A DNA stretch of 44,484 nt from an uncultured Gammaproteobacteria bacterium (GTDB taxonomy: Bacteria > Patescibacteriota > Patescibacteriia > Magasanikbacterales > GWA2-37-8), in contig CAYZHG010000100.1 in the NCBI GenBank assembly GCA_964477455.1, forward strand, positions 1 through 44,484, in the 5' to 3' direction. The notes under the pieces were generated by a model, which was not told the DNA's origin, did not search any database, and saw nothing but the letters and a program-made list of their open reading frames with translations. Each line of letters begins with the position of its first letter. Position 1 is the first letter of the stretch. Made by a program: the position numbers and the translations under genes. Below are positions 37,069 to 44,484 of the stretch, in pieces.

Positions 37069-39217
37069 AACGGTGTTCCAACTTCATTTTTTGAAATATA
37101 TAATAGCCAATAAAGAGCTGAATTATTCCATTATGACCCGCCGACCAACGCGGATCATCTTTTACAATTTCCCATAACTCAGGGATCATTTTATAAGCAA
37201 TCTTATCAATTTTTAACGCGTTTGTTTCTCCTCTAACTTCTAAAATCTGTTTATCACCCTCATAATAATGAACAATTTTTAAATCCTTATTATCTTCCAA
37301 CTCTATCAAAAGTGGCAATATATTTATATTATTTTCAAAAATTATTTTCAGATACAACTTCATGTCAGCAATCTCTTTAGAAAAATCATCAATTTTTTTA
37401 TCAGTGTTAAATGAAAGTACTATGTCTGCATAAGTATCTTGATGATTTATATATTTATCCGAATCACCAGCTCTTTGTTTGATTTGTTCCAAAATTTTAT
37501 TTGCATCATAACCGCGCTCCTTCATATCACGTTGCACTTTCCAATAAAGTCTTAGATCTTCTGAAGGTTTAATATAAATTTTTAAATCATAAAAATCCCT
37601 CATTTTATTAATAAACAAACTATGCAACCCTTGGAAAATAACAATTTTTTTAGAATGCAACTTAACTGGTAATGTAAATTTACCCGTAGAGTGATCATAA
37701 AAGCTTCGATCAATAGATCGTCCCGCACGCAGATCAATAACTTGATCCATTTCCGAATGTAATTTGTTGGCACGAGGATCTAAATGTGTAAATTTAGACC
37801 AGTTTTTATCCCCTCTTTCCCAACGATGAGCATCATCCCCAGCCACTATTAAAGTATTGTCTTCTCCAAACTTATCAGATATCAAATTGGTAAAAGTACT
37901 TTTTCCACAACCAGAATCACCCGCCACAGCGATTAAATATGGTTGGTAATTAATTTTATTTTTTATTAAATTTTCTATTCCTTTACGATATATCCATAAT
38001 ATATTCAACAATAATGACCCTTGTAGAAGAGTGAAAAATATATTAACTAAATAATCAGGATTTATTCCCATCTTTTTAACCCAACTATATGGCGTAATTA
38101 ATGAAGCAATAGCAGGTGAGGAAAGCTGCCAGACAGAAAAAATATCTGAATTTTTTATAAAAATAAAATAAGCAAAATAAAATATATTTAAAAATATAAA
38201 AATATACTTCGGAGCACCATCTTGTTTAACATAAAAATAAATAAAAAATGGAATAATCCAATAATACCAACCTGGCATTGGTGGAATCAATAGTGTCAAA
38301 ATACCAAAACTAAAACCTAAAAACATCAAGAAAATATCTCGATTTAAAATACGGTAGGTTAAACTTTTTACAAACAAAAGCAAATATGCAAAAGGTACAA
38401 AATAAACTATTAATTGATCGTTTATTTTCCAACTTAAATTTAAGACTTTTAATCCCTCTTTTGTTTTAAAAACTATCTCTACAAAACCTGGTGTCAAAAT
38501 GTATTTAAAATTCAAAATTATAAAAATCAGTAGCGGCACAGACAAATAAGCCAAAATTTTATACCAAGAAAATCTTCGTAGTAATAGATAAACCAAAACA
38601 AACGGCAGGATTATTGCAATGCTTGTCTTAGTGGATATAGATAAGCCCAAGAAAATGAATGCCTTAACAAACTTTTCTTTAAATAAAAAATACAAAAATA
38701 CAAACAGAAGCGCGATCGGTAAAGCGTCCAGCTGTCCGTGAACATAATTAATATAAAAAAGTATTGGGGAACACCAATAATATAACAGAACCTTTTCTTT
38801 CTTGTTCTTTAGCCAACGATATAATACTAATAATACAATAAAATCCGCCAAAATAATCGGAACGCGTGCTAAAAAGAAATGCCAATGTGTAGTTGTATAG
38901 ATGTCGTGATTTAAGAAGGGTGAAAAAATAAAGCGAGGTATCGCTAACAGCCACAACATCAAATCTGGATAAGGAAAGATATTAAAAATTTTCTGCTGAT
39001 AAAAATACTTATATGGATCACTAAAACCGTTGACAACGAAATAATTTACAAATGGAATAAACAATTTTACCAAAAAATCTGAAGCTAAAAGCCATGAGGC
39101 AATAATTTTTATCATCAATACGGACCAAAAAAGTTTACTGTTTAAAAAACCAACTTTAAAAACACCGTTTTTTTCATAAAAAGATGCTTTAATTTTGTTG
39201 ATCAAATCTTGTATCAT
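37055..39217 (-). CDS. Fusion protein: GT-C (GT87/DUF2029-like) polytopic membrane domain + C-terminal phosphoribulokinase/uridine-kinase-family P-loop kinase domain
   Basis: Membrane part: FPYPDLMLWLL, RVPIILADFIVLLVL, YWCSPILFYINYVHGQLDALP. Kinase part: YLIAVAGDSGCGKSTF (P-loop at ~37895-37930), VAGDDAHRW, FYDHSTGKF, IVIFQGLH, YWKVQRDMKERGY and RAGDSDKYINHQDTYADIV. I chose Met32 (39217), which avoids a 71-nt overlap with the HAD gene. Met1 at 39310 is still possible. Confidence 0.72.
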   Translation of the reverse strand: MIQDLINKIKASFYEKNGVFKVGFLNSKLFWSVLMIKIIASWLLASDFLVKLFIPFVNYFVVNGFSDPYKYFYQQKIFNIFPYPDLMLWLLAIPRFIFSPFLNHDIYTTTHWHFFLARVPIILADFIVLLVLYRWLKNKKEKVLLYYWCSPILFYINYVHGQLDALPIALLFVFLYFLFKEKFVKAFIFLGLSISTKTSIAIILPFVLVYLLLRRFSWYKILAYLSVPLLIFIILNFKYILTPGFVEIVFKTKEGLKVLNLSWKINDQLIVYFVPFAYLLLFVKSLTYRILNRDIFLMFLGFSFGILTLLIPPMPGWYYWIIPFFIYFYVKQDGAPKYIFIFLNIFYFAYFIFIKNSDIFSVWQLSSPAIASLITPYSWVKKMGINPDYLVNIFFTLLQGSLLLNILWIYRKGIENLIKNKINYQPYLIAVAGDSGCGKSTFTNLISDKFGEDNTLIVAGDDAHRWERGDKNWSKFTHLDPRANKLHSEMDQVIDLRAGRSIDRSFYDHSTGKFTLPVKLHSKKIVIFQGLHSLFINKMRDFYDLKIYIKPSEDLRLYWKVQRDMKERGYDANKILEQIKQRAGDSDKYINHQDTYADIVLSFNTDKKIDDFSKEIADMKLYLKIIFENNINILPLLIELEDNKDLKIVHYYEGDKQILEVRGETNALKIDKIAYKMIPELWEIVKDDPRWSAGHNGIIQLFIGYYIFQKMKLEHRYENQ

Positions 39218-39239
39218 ATTTAATGTAAACTTTAAGTTA

Positions 39240-39890
39240 CTATGAAACTTGATAAACTTTTTTAATACCAAACGATTTTGCTCCTTGAATATCTTTTTTA
39301 TGGTGATCACCTATCATTATGACTTCGCCCTTACCTAATTTTAATTTATCCAACGCCAATTGAAATATGTTTGGAAAAGGTTTTTCTGCACCCGCTTCTT
39401 CCGAGGTTACAACGTAATCAATGTATTTATCTAATTTTAAAAAACATATTTTTTTAAATTGAATCTTTGTAGTCAAGTCGCTTACTATACAAATTTTAAT
39501 ATTTAATTTACGACATTTTTTTAAAAATACCATCATCCCAGAAACTAATATCATTTTTTTTAAAAAATTTTTCCAATAAATATCCTCAAACCTTTCCGTC
39601 ATTCTAATCTCGGTCCTTCCGTAAATTTTCTCAAAAAAAACTTGAAAATAAAGTAGTCGTGAATGCCCAGAACCTTGATTTGGTAAATATTTTTTTACAG
39701 ATTCTTGGGCTTGTGTATAGGAACTTTTAAATTCGGTCTGATCAAAATTTTTATTTATCCTCCTTAATTCTCGATAACAGCAACCCAAAGCATAATCATG
39801 ACACACCTGATACTTATAAATAGTATTATCTAAATCAAGTAGTACTGCTTTTACCTTATCCAATTCAATATTATCCCAAAAAATTTTCAT
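39240..39890 (-). CDS. HAD-superfamily hydrolase (subfamily IA-like phosphatase)
   Basis: AVLLDLDNTIY (DxDxT), IVSDLT and MIGDHHKKDIQGAKSFG. It overlaps the fcl 3' end by 20 nt. Confidence 0.78.
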   Translation of the reverse strand: MKIFWDNIELDKVKAVLLDLDNTIYKYQVCHDYALGCCYRELRRINKNFDQTEFKSSYTQAQESVKKYLPNQGSGHSRLLYFQVFFEKIYGRTEIRMTERFEDIYWKNFLKKMILVSGMMVFLKKCRKLNIKICIVSDLTTKIQFKKICFLKLDKYIDYVVTSEEAGAEKPFPNIFQLALDKLKLGKGEVIMIGDHHKKDIQGAKSFGIKKVYQVS

Positions 39891-40836
39891 AATTATTCTT
39901 ATACCAATTACAAACTTCTTTTAACCCATCAACTAGCACAATCTTATGTTTCCAACCTAGAGAATGTATCCTAGCCATATCTTGCAATTTTTGTGGTGTT
40001 CCATCTGGTTTTGAATCATCCCAAACTATTTTTCCTTCATAACCCACCACCTCTTTAAAAATATCCACCAGTTCTTTTATACTTATGTCCTGACCTGTTC
40101 CAAGATTGAAAAAAATCTCCCCTCTTTCACTCTGTTCTTTGGATGGGTCAAAATTATTCATAAGAAACAAACAACCATCAGCCATATCGTCGACATACAA
40201 GAATTCTCTTCGTACTACTCCTGTGCCCCAAACGACCACCTCATCACTTCCATTTCTTTTGGCATCACAGAACTTTTTTACTAATGCAGGTAAAACATGT
40301 GAATTCGCTAAATCGAAATTATCATTAAGTCCATACAAATTTGTTGGCATCACAGCTATAAAATTTGTACCATACTGTCTATTGTAGCTTTGACACATTT
40401 TGATGCCAGCAATTTTTGCAAGCGCATAAGGTTCATTCGTGGACTCTAATTGACCGGTTAACAGATATTCCTCTTTCATTGGTTGTGGACAATTGCGCGG
40501 ATAAATACATGAAGAACCGAGAAATAATAATTTTTTTACCCCATTCACATATGACTGGTGAATGATATTATTTTGAATTTGTAAATTTTCATAAATGAAT
40601 TGAGCGGGATACGTGTTGTTGGATAAGATACCACCCACTTTCGCTGCAGCTAAAAATACGTACTCCGGCTTTTCGAGGGCAAAAAATTCTGCTACTGCTG
40701 TCTGATTAAGCAAGTCTAATTCTACATGCGTACGTAAAATTAAATTTTTGTAACCTTCGCTCTGTAACTTTCTAATCAAAGCAGAGCCAACCAAACCACG
40801 ATGGCCGGCCACATAAATTTTTGCATCTTTTTTCAT
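39871..40836 (-). CDS. fcl: GDP-L-fucose synthase (GDP-4-keto-6-deoxy-D-mannose 3,5-epimerase/4-reductase)
   Basis: IYVAGHRGLVGSAL, VFLAAAKVGGI, LLFLGSSCIYP, EPYALAKIAG and MPTNLYGLNDNF, the canonical WcaG/Fcl blocks. Confidence 0.93.
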   Translation of the reverse strand: MKKDAKIYVAGHRGLVGSALIRKLQSEGYKNLILRTHVELDLLNQTAVAEFFALEKPEYVFLAAAKVGGILSNNTYPAQFIYENLQIQNNIIHQSYVNGVKKLLFLGSSCIYPRNCPQPMKEEYLLTGQLESTNEPYALAKIAGIKMCQSYNRQYGTNFIAVMPTNLYGLNDNFDLANSHVLPALVKKFCDAKRNGSDEVVVWGTGVVRREFLYVDDMADGCLFLMNNFDPSKEQSERGEIFFNLGTGQDISIKELVDIFKEVVGYEGKIVWDDSKPDGTPQKLQDMARIHSLGWKHKIVLVDGLKEVCNWYKNNYENFLG

Positions 40837-40844
40837 AACAAAAA

Positions 40845-41897
40845 TTAAACAAGATAATCCCTTGCTACCAAACCTCTAGTTTCAAATTCAGCCTCCATCA
40901 TTATTTTAATCAATTCTTCAAATTTTACTTTTGGCTCCCAACCCAAAATTTGTTTAGCTTTACTAGGATCACCAAGAAGTAAATCTACTTCTGTTGGACG
41001 ATAATAATACGGATCAATTTCAACCAACACTTTGCCAGACTTCGCATCTATACCTTTTTCTTCCAAACCACTTCCCTGCCATCGCATTTCATATCCAAGC
41101 AAACGTCCAGCGTGTTCTAAAAATTCTCGCACACTGTGAGTTTCTCCCGTAGCAACAACATAATCATCCGGTTTTTCAAATTGTAACATCATCCACATCG
41201 CTTCGACATATTCCTTTGCATAACCCCAATCGCGTTTGGCGTCCAAATTTCCCAAATACATTTTTTCTTCTTGTCCAAGTTTTATCTTGGCAAATGCATC
41301 GGTAATTTTTTTGGTAACAAATGTACCGCCACGTCTTGGTGATTCATGGTTAAATAAAATTCCATTGCAAGCAAATATATTGTAAGCCTCGCGATAATTT
41401 ACTACTAAATGATGCGAATAAACTTTAGCACAACCGTATGGACTGCGTGGATAAAATGGAGTTGTTTCCTTTTGAGGATTTTCCAACACCTTTCCAAACA
41501 TTTCCGAAGACCCAGCCTGATAAAACTTAATTTTGGTGCCTGAGTCACGAATTGCATCAAGTAGACGCAATGTTCCAAGCCCGTCCACATCACCCGTGTA
41601 AACAGGCATTTCAAAGCTTGTACGCACATGGCTTTGAGCACCTAGATTATAAATTTCATCTGGTTTTACTTTTTCTAAAATACGATTCAAATTGCTTCCG
41701 TCACTCAAATCTCCATAATGCAAAAACAGTCTTCGTCCAGATTCGTGAGGATCTTGATATACGTGTTCAATTCTCGAAGTGTTAAAACTACTAGAACGAC
41801 GAATAATACCATGGACCTCATATCCTTTCTCCAACAAAAGATCTGTTAGATACGAACCATCCTGACCGGTAATTCCGGTAATTAGCGCTTTCTTCAT
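40845..41897 (-). CDS. gmd: GDP-mannose 4,6-dehydratase
   Basis: [59 protein letters not shown] and [10 protein letters not shown], the canonical Gmd blocks. Confidence 0.95.
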   Translation of the reverse strand: MKKALITGITGQDGSYLTDLLLEKGYEVHGIIRRSSSFNTSRIEHVYQDPHESGRRLFLHYGDLSDGSNLNRILEKVKPDEIYNLGAQSHVRTSFEMPVYTGDVDGLGTLRLLDAIRDSGTKIKFYQAGSSEMFGKVLENPQKETTPFYPRSPYGCAKVYSHHLVVNYREAYNIFACNGILFNHESPRRGGTFVTKKITDAFAKIKLGQEEKMYLGNLDAKRDWGYAKEYVEAMWMMLQFEKPDDYVVATGETHSVREFLEHAGRLLGYEMRWQGSGLEEKGIDAKSGKVLVEIDPYYYRPTEVDLLLGDPSKAKQILGWEPKVKFEELIKIMMEAEFETRGLVARDYLV

Positions 41898-41901
41898 AAA
41901 A

Positions 41902-43986
41902 TTATTTCTGTTTCAAATTATTTTTTGTGCTACTAACTAAAATTAATTGATTTAATATGCCTTGTTCTTGTTCAGTAAAAACAACACCGTTATCATGAGA
42001 TTTTTTTATCAACTCACCAATTTTTTTATCCTGTCCGCCAACTTTGTATGCATAAGCTAACCTCCAATAACTTTCTCCAATTCTAGGATTATCTTTAATT
42101 GTTTCTTCCAACATTTTAATTGCTTCAGCAGGTTTGTTTGTCTGCATTTTCAATCCAGATAAACTATAAATGATCTGTTGTCTTTTTGGAGATTTTTTGA
42201 GAGCGTCTTCAAGAACGCTTTCAGCCTTTAAAATAAACATTCCATTATTATTCATCGTTGCACCCAACTGATACATTTGAGCCAAAGTTAATTGGTTACG
42301 AATATCCAAGGGATGTAATAATAAATTTTTCTCCAAATTATCAGTTGTTAAAGCTAATAATGCATTTGATTTTTCCTTGCCAATTTTTTGCCAATTACTG
42401 CTTAATGATTGAGAAACAGTACGACTAACATCACTGCGAATATCATCAATATGAGGAGATGTGAATTCTAAAGACTCTTTGACTACAGGCATACCCGCAA
42501 TAGGATCAGCCATAATCGCCCTGATAGCATCCAAAGTTTTTTGATTGGCTCTAGATGGTTGAATATTAAATATAAAAACTGCAACAAAACCAACTAAACC
42601 CATTCCAATAATCAAACCATTACCTATTTTTTTGTCTGAATTTGACACTGTCACAACTACTTTTTGGGCAGATTCAGCCAAGTTACTATTTATATTAAAA
42701 GATTGAACATTAACCATCGCCAGCCAAAACATTAAATATATATATGAAGTTGGGTCTTCAAATACTGTGATCACACTAACAAAATGTGCTACCACAAACG
42801 CTCCGCCGATAATAGCAAAATGAAAATCAATTATTTTTTTGCGATAAGCAATTACCAAACTAATAATTGCAAGAATGTAAACTGCAAAATAAACAAACAA
42901 CCCAAATGCTCCCTGAACTGTCAAAGTGTTTAAAACAATATTGTGCGCATTATCAAACCAAGTTTCACCATAACCAAAATCCAAAGATCTAGATTTATAG
43001 TGTTTGTTAAAAGCGTAAAAATAATTATTTGGACCCCAACCAAAAACTGGTTTTTCTTTCCAACCCTCCACTGCGATTTCCCACGCAATCCAACGCGCAC
43101 TCGATTTTAAATCTGAAAGCGACGTACTGACAGCTCTGTTTACACCAGGAATACCTTTGACAAAATCTGCATTTCTAAAAGTATACAGCAGAGACATGCA
43201 GGCAATTCCTAAAATCATTAGACTAACTAAAGCTATGCGAATTTTAGGATATTTTTTTAATACTACAACATAACCAATTAAAGCAAAGATTACGCCAAAC
43301 ACTAATCCCAACAAAGATCCGCGCGTTCCACTCCAAAACATTCCCATAAAACCAAAAATTCCAGCAATTCCATAAAACCATTTCCAAAATACATTTTTTT
43401 CACGACTAAATAGCAAGGAAGCTAAAAAAGTTAAAAACAAGCCGTAGTTACCAACATATATAGAATTTCCTAAAGTACTTGCAACACGTGTTGAGCCCTG
43501 ATTTAACAACAGTTCGGGCATTTGTGTTTGTAACCAACCGATAAACATTACGATGAAACCGCCAGCCAAAAATACTCTACCAGCCAATTTCCAATCTTTC
43601 CAATCTCGCATAACACCTGCGCAAACAAAATAAAAAGCAACGTAATGTATTAGAGTAAACAACCCCAACATGCGCTCATGATTATCCCAAAAACTATGAT
43701 AGGCATCGGTACCAACAAAAGTAGAAATCGCAAAACTAAGTAAAAATAAAAAAATAGCAATATTTAAATAATTAAATTTTGGCTTATATTGCTGCCAGTT
43801 GATAAATAATAATAAAATATACAACACCATCATTATCTCAACTATTGATCGAAAAAAAATAATTTTCGGAACAATAAATGGAAAAATATAAGAACTTGGA
43901 AATACTAGCAATGGGACAAAAAAAACTATATAAATTAACCACTTTATCGCAATTTCAATTTTTTCTTTCATATTTGCAATTAACAT
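41902..43986 (-). CDS. O-antigen-ligase-family (Wzy_C; WaaL/PglL-like) polytopic membrane protein with C-terminal TPR domain
   Basis: About 12 TM segments. [22 protein letters not shown] and [19 protein letters not shown] form a Wzy_C-type periplasmic loop with a conserved His. The last ~170 aa are helical repeats ([32 protein letters not shown]). Confidence 0.78.
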   Translation of the reverse strand: MLIANMKEKIEIAIKWLIYIVFFVPLLVFPSSYIFPFIVPKIIFFRSIVEIMMVLYILLLFINWQQYKPKFNYLNIAIFLFLLSFAISTFVGTDAYHSFWDNHERMLGLFTLIHYVAFYFVCAGVMRDWKDWKLAGRVFLAGGFIVMFIGWLQTQMPELLLNQGSTRVASTLGNSIYVGNYGLFLTFLASLLFSREKNVFWKWFYGIAGIFGFMGMFWSGTRGSLLGLVFGVIFALIGYVVVLKKYPKIRIALVSLMILGIACMSLLYTFRNADFVKGIPGVNRAVSTSLSDLKSSARWIAWEIAVEGWKEKPVFGWGPNNYFYAFNKHYKSRSLDFGYGETWFDNAHNIVLNTLTVQGAFGLFVYFAVYILAIISLVIAYRKKIIDFHFAIIGGAFVVAHFVSVITVFEDPTSYIYLMFWLAMVNVQSFNINSNLAESAQKVVVTVSNSDKKIGNGLIIGMGLVGFVAVFIFNIQPSRANQKTLDAIRAIMADPIAGMPVVKESLEFTSPHIDDIRSDVSRTVSQSLSSNWQKIGKEKSNALLALTTDNLEKNLLLHPLDIRNQLTLAQMYQLGATMNNNGMFILKAESVLEDALKKSPKRQQIIYSLSGLKMQTNKPAEAIKMLEETIKDNPRIGESYWRLAYAYKVGGQDKKIGELIKKSHDNGVVFTEQEQGILNQLILVSSTKNNLKQK

Positions 43987-44010
43987 ATTTCAATATTTTT
44001 TTACCAATAA

Positions 44011-44039
44011 AGTATACTATTATCACAGTAAAAGGTCAA
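44011..44039 (-). promoter_or_regulatory. Candidate sigma70 promoter of the glycan operon: TTGACC-17 nt-TATACT
   Basis: Minus strand: gtatatTTGACCttttactgtgataatagTATACTttattggtaaaaaaatattgaaatATG. The -35 is at 44034..44039 and the -10 at 44011..44016, with the ATG 24 nt downstream. It lies directly after the upstream gene's terminator. Confidence 0.5.
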
Positions 44040-44049
44040 TATACATAAC

Positions 44050-44077
44050 AAAAACCCACCCCTGAAAGGGTGGGTTT
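44050..44077 (-). terminator. Rho-independent terminator of the upstream Ser/Thr-rich protein gene
   Basis: Minus-strand RNA: AAACCCACCC-UUUCAG-GGGUGGGUUU followed by a U-run. It has a GC-rich 7-10 bp stem (plus-strand cccaccc 44055-61 / gggtggg 44068-74). Confidence 0.78.
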
Positions 44078-44088
44078 AAGCAATCTAT

Positions 44089-44111
44089 TATCTTAGAAAT
44101 AATCTAAGATA
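44089..44111 (-). repeat. Perfect 9-bp inverted repeat (tatcttaga-aataa-tctaagata) between the stop codon and the GC-rich terminator
   Basis: Read directly: stem arms 44089..44097 and 44103..44111 with a 5-nt loop. It sits 13 nt after the TAA at 44125..44127. Confidence 0.5.
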
Positions 44112-44124
44112 GTTTAATCAATGA

Positions 44125-44484
44125 TTAACTGCGAGCAGTAATCATTTCAACAGTTGGTTGTCCATCTACGTACAAACCAGTACTTGAACCAGTACTAGAT
44201 GATCCGTCACTATTACCATCGTAACCAAGGTCAGAATCAGCTGCGGTGAATTTCAAATCACCTAAGGTGCTTGCTGACATTTGGAATGTATCATAGTTGA
44301 CAGCTGTAGCGTTGGTCTTGACAGTTAAGAATCTCCAAGAACCACCGTTGATTGTCAATGAGTTAGTTGTGATAGAGGCGAAATCAACTGTATTTGCTAC
44401 TGTTGTAGAAGCAGCTACAGTTGCATCAGTGTTTGAACCACCATCAACAGATGACCACAATTTGTAAGTCATAGTAGAAGTGGA
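44125..44484 (-). CDS. Ser/Thr/Gly-rich probable surface protein, C-terminal part (possibly 5'-truncated by the window edge)
   Basis: ORF-track 44125..44472. The frame stays open to the window end (..STST upstream of the Met). The sequence is beta-rich and acidic, with an SSSTGSSTG tract. It looks visibly more GC-rich than the operon (not counted) and has its own strong terminator. Confidence 0.55.
   Translation of the reverse strand, partial: STSTMTYKLWSSVDGGSNTDATVAASTTVANTVDFASITTNSLTINGGSWRFLTVKTNATAVNYDTFQMSASTLGDLKFTAADSDLGYDGNSDGSSSTGSSTGLYVDGQPTVEMITARS

Noticed and set aside
37055-37945. P-loop NTPase domain as part of a defence system (e.g. AAA/ABC-type or kinase-based abortive infection)
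   Set aside because: The motifs are specifically PRK/uridine-kinase-like (YDHSTG, WKVQRD..ERG). No nuclease, helicase, TIR, SIR2 or toxin partners are present, and the context is entirely glycan biosynthesis.
39218-39310. First 31 codons of ORF 37055..39310 (MITIKKIFKEQNRLVLKKFIKFHSNLKFTLN)
   Set aside because: They would overlap the HAD gene by 71 nt, far more than any other junction in the locus. Met32 leaves a 22-nt gap. This is not fully excluded, so confidence in the start is reduced.
11772-41641. Minus-strand nested alternative-frame ORFs: 11772-12161, 30261-30449, 33000-33296, 34277-34486, 38748-38954, 41405-41641
   Set aside because: They overlap the main frames of well-supported genes on the same strand, are short and carry no recognisable motifs. 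They are most likely chance open frames.
2042-41785. All other plus-strand ORFs in the track: 2042-2269, 2609-2794, 4346-4582, 5679-5885, 6249-6455, 8826-9053, 10872-11063, 11887-12168, 12989-13186, 16246-16437, 16993-17235, 17513-17707, 19422-19634, 19430-19642, 19844-20026, 21103-21414, 22198-22410, 22417-22686, 28944-29321, 29080-29262, 33186-33374, 35734-36018, 40106-40387, 41552-41785
   Set aside because: Each is 60-125 aa and lies fully inside a long minus-strand gene with clear family motifs. Their sequences are low-complexity or hydrophobic, as expected from antisense reading of AT-rich coding DNA.
2503-44039. Reading the locus as a classical Gram-negative LPS O-antigen cluster
   Set aside because: Wzm/Wzt, a WaaL-like gene and gmd/fcl/colD fit that model. 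However, there are no lipid A/core, Lpt or outer-membrane genes. The genome style suggests a monoderm or CPR-like organism, and TagGH-type export or protein glycosylation are equally compatible. This is left open rather than asserted.
1-44484. CRISPR arrays, tRNA/rRNA genes, IS elements, and stop-codon reassignment (e.g. UGA recoding as in some CPR lineages)
   Set aside because: I saw no regularly spaced direct repeats. Intergenic space is too small for RNA genes, and nothing looks like a transposase. Genes terminate cleanly and abut one another under the standard code, so recoding is not needed.

Overview
The window is AT-rich (roughly 30% GC by eye), and every credible gene lies on the minus strand. 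About 40 tightly packed or overlapping CDSs form one very large surface-glycan biosynthesis and export locus at about 2.5-44.0 kb. It starts at a sigma70-like promoter (44011-44039) just downstream of a strong intrinsic terminator (44050-77). It ends at another intrinsic terminator (2503-2540). A near-consensus internal promoter sits in front of a small HTH gene at about 23.85 kb.

Gene content:
- Nucleotide-sugar synthesis: gmd, fcl, a ColD-like 3-dehydratase with an SDR and a Gmm-like Nudix, plus ugd, a UDP-xylose synthase and a further epimerase.
- About 11 cytoplasmic glycosyltransferases: GT2 x5, GT4, and GT11-like, GNT-I-like, exostosin-like, DXD-type and polyprenyl-P-sugar synthase-like enzymes.
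- Two unrelated SAM methyltransferases and an acyltransferase-3.
- A Wzm/Wzt (TagG/TagH-type) ABC exporter whose ATPase carries a C-terminal extension.
- A UbiA-type polyprenyl-phosphate phosphoribosyltransferase-like gene.
- Seven large polytopic GT-C-like or O-antigen-ligase-like membrane proteins. Three are unusual fusions: one to a HAD phosphatase, one to a phosphoribulokinase/uridine-kinase domain, and one to TPR repeats.

Both flanks encode Ser/Thr-rich secreted proteins. The left one is absent from the ORF track and I translated it by hand. It carries a signal peptide, a Zn-PLC-like domain, a Thr-rich linker and a lamin-tail domain.

The style (compact, co-directional, low GC, HTH_17, LTD) suggests a CPR/Patescibacteria-like or other reduced monoderm genome, but that is a guess. 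I see no rRNA, tRNA, CRISPR array, transposase or integrase.

The best candidate for something undescribed is the module at 33657-39310. It holds a membrane GT fused to a PRK-like kinase, an aldolase-II-fold protein, two tandem nucleotidyltransferases and a GDPD-fold protein. The polyprenyl-P-pentose-like module at 6627-10264 is the second candidate. All functional calls come from motif recognition by eye. No database search was run.
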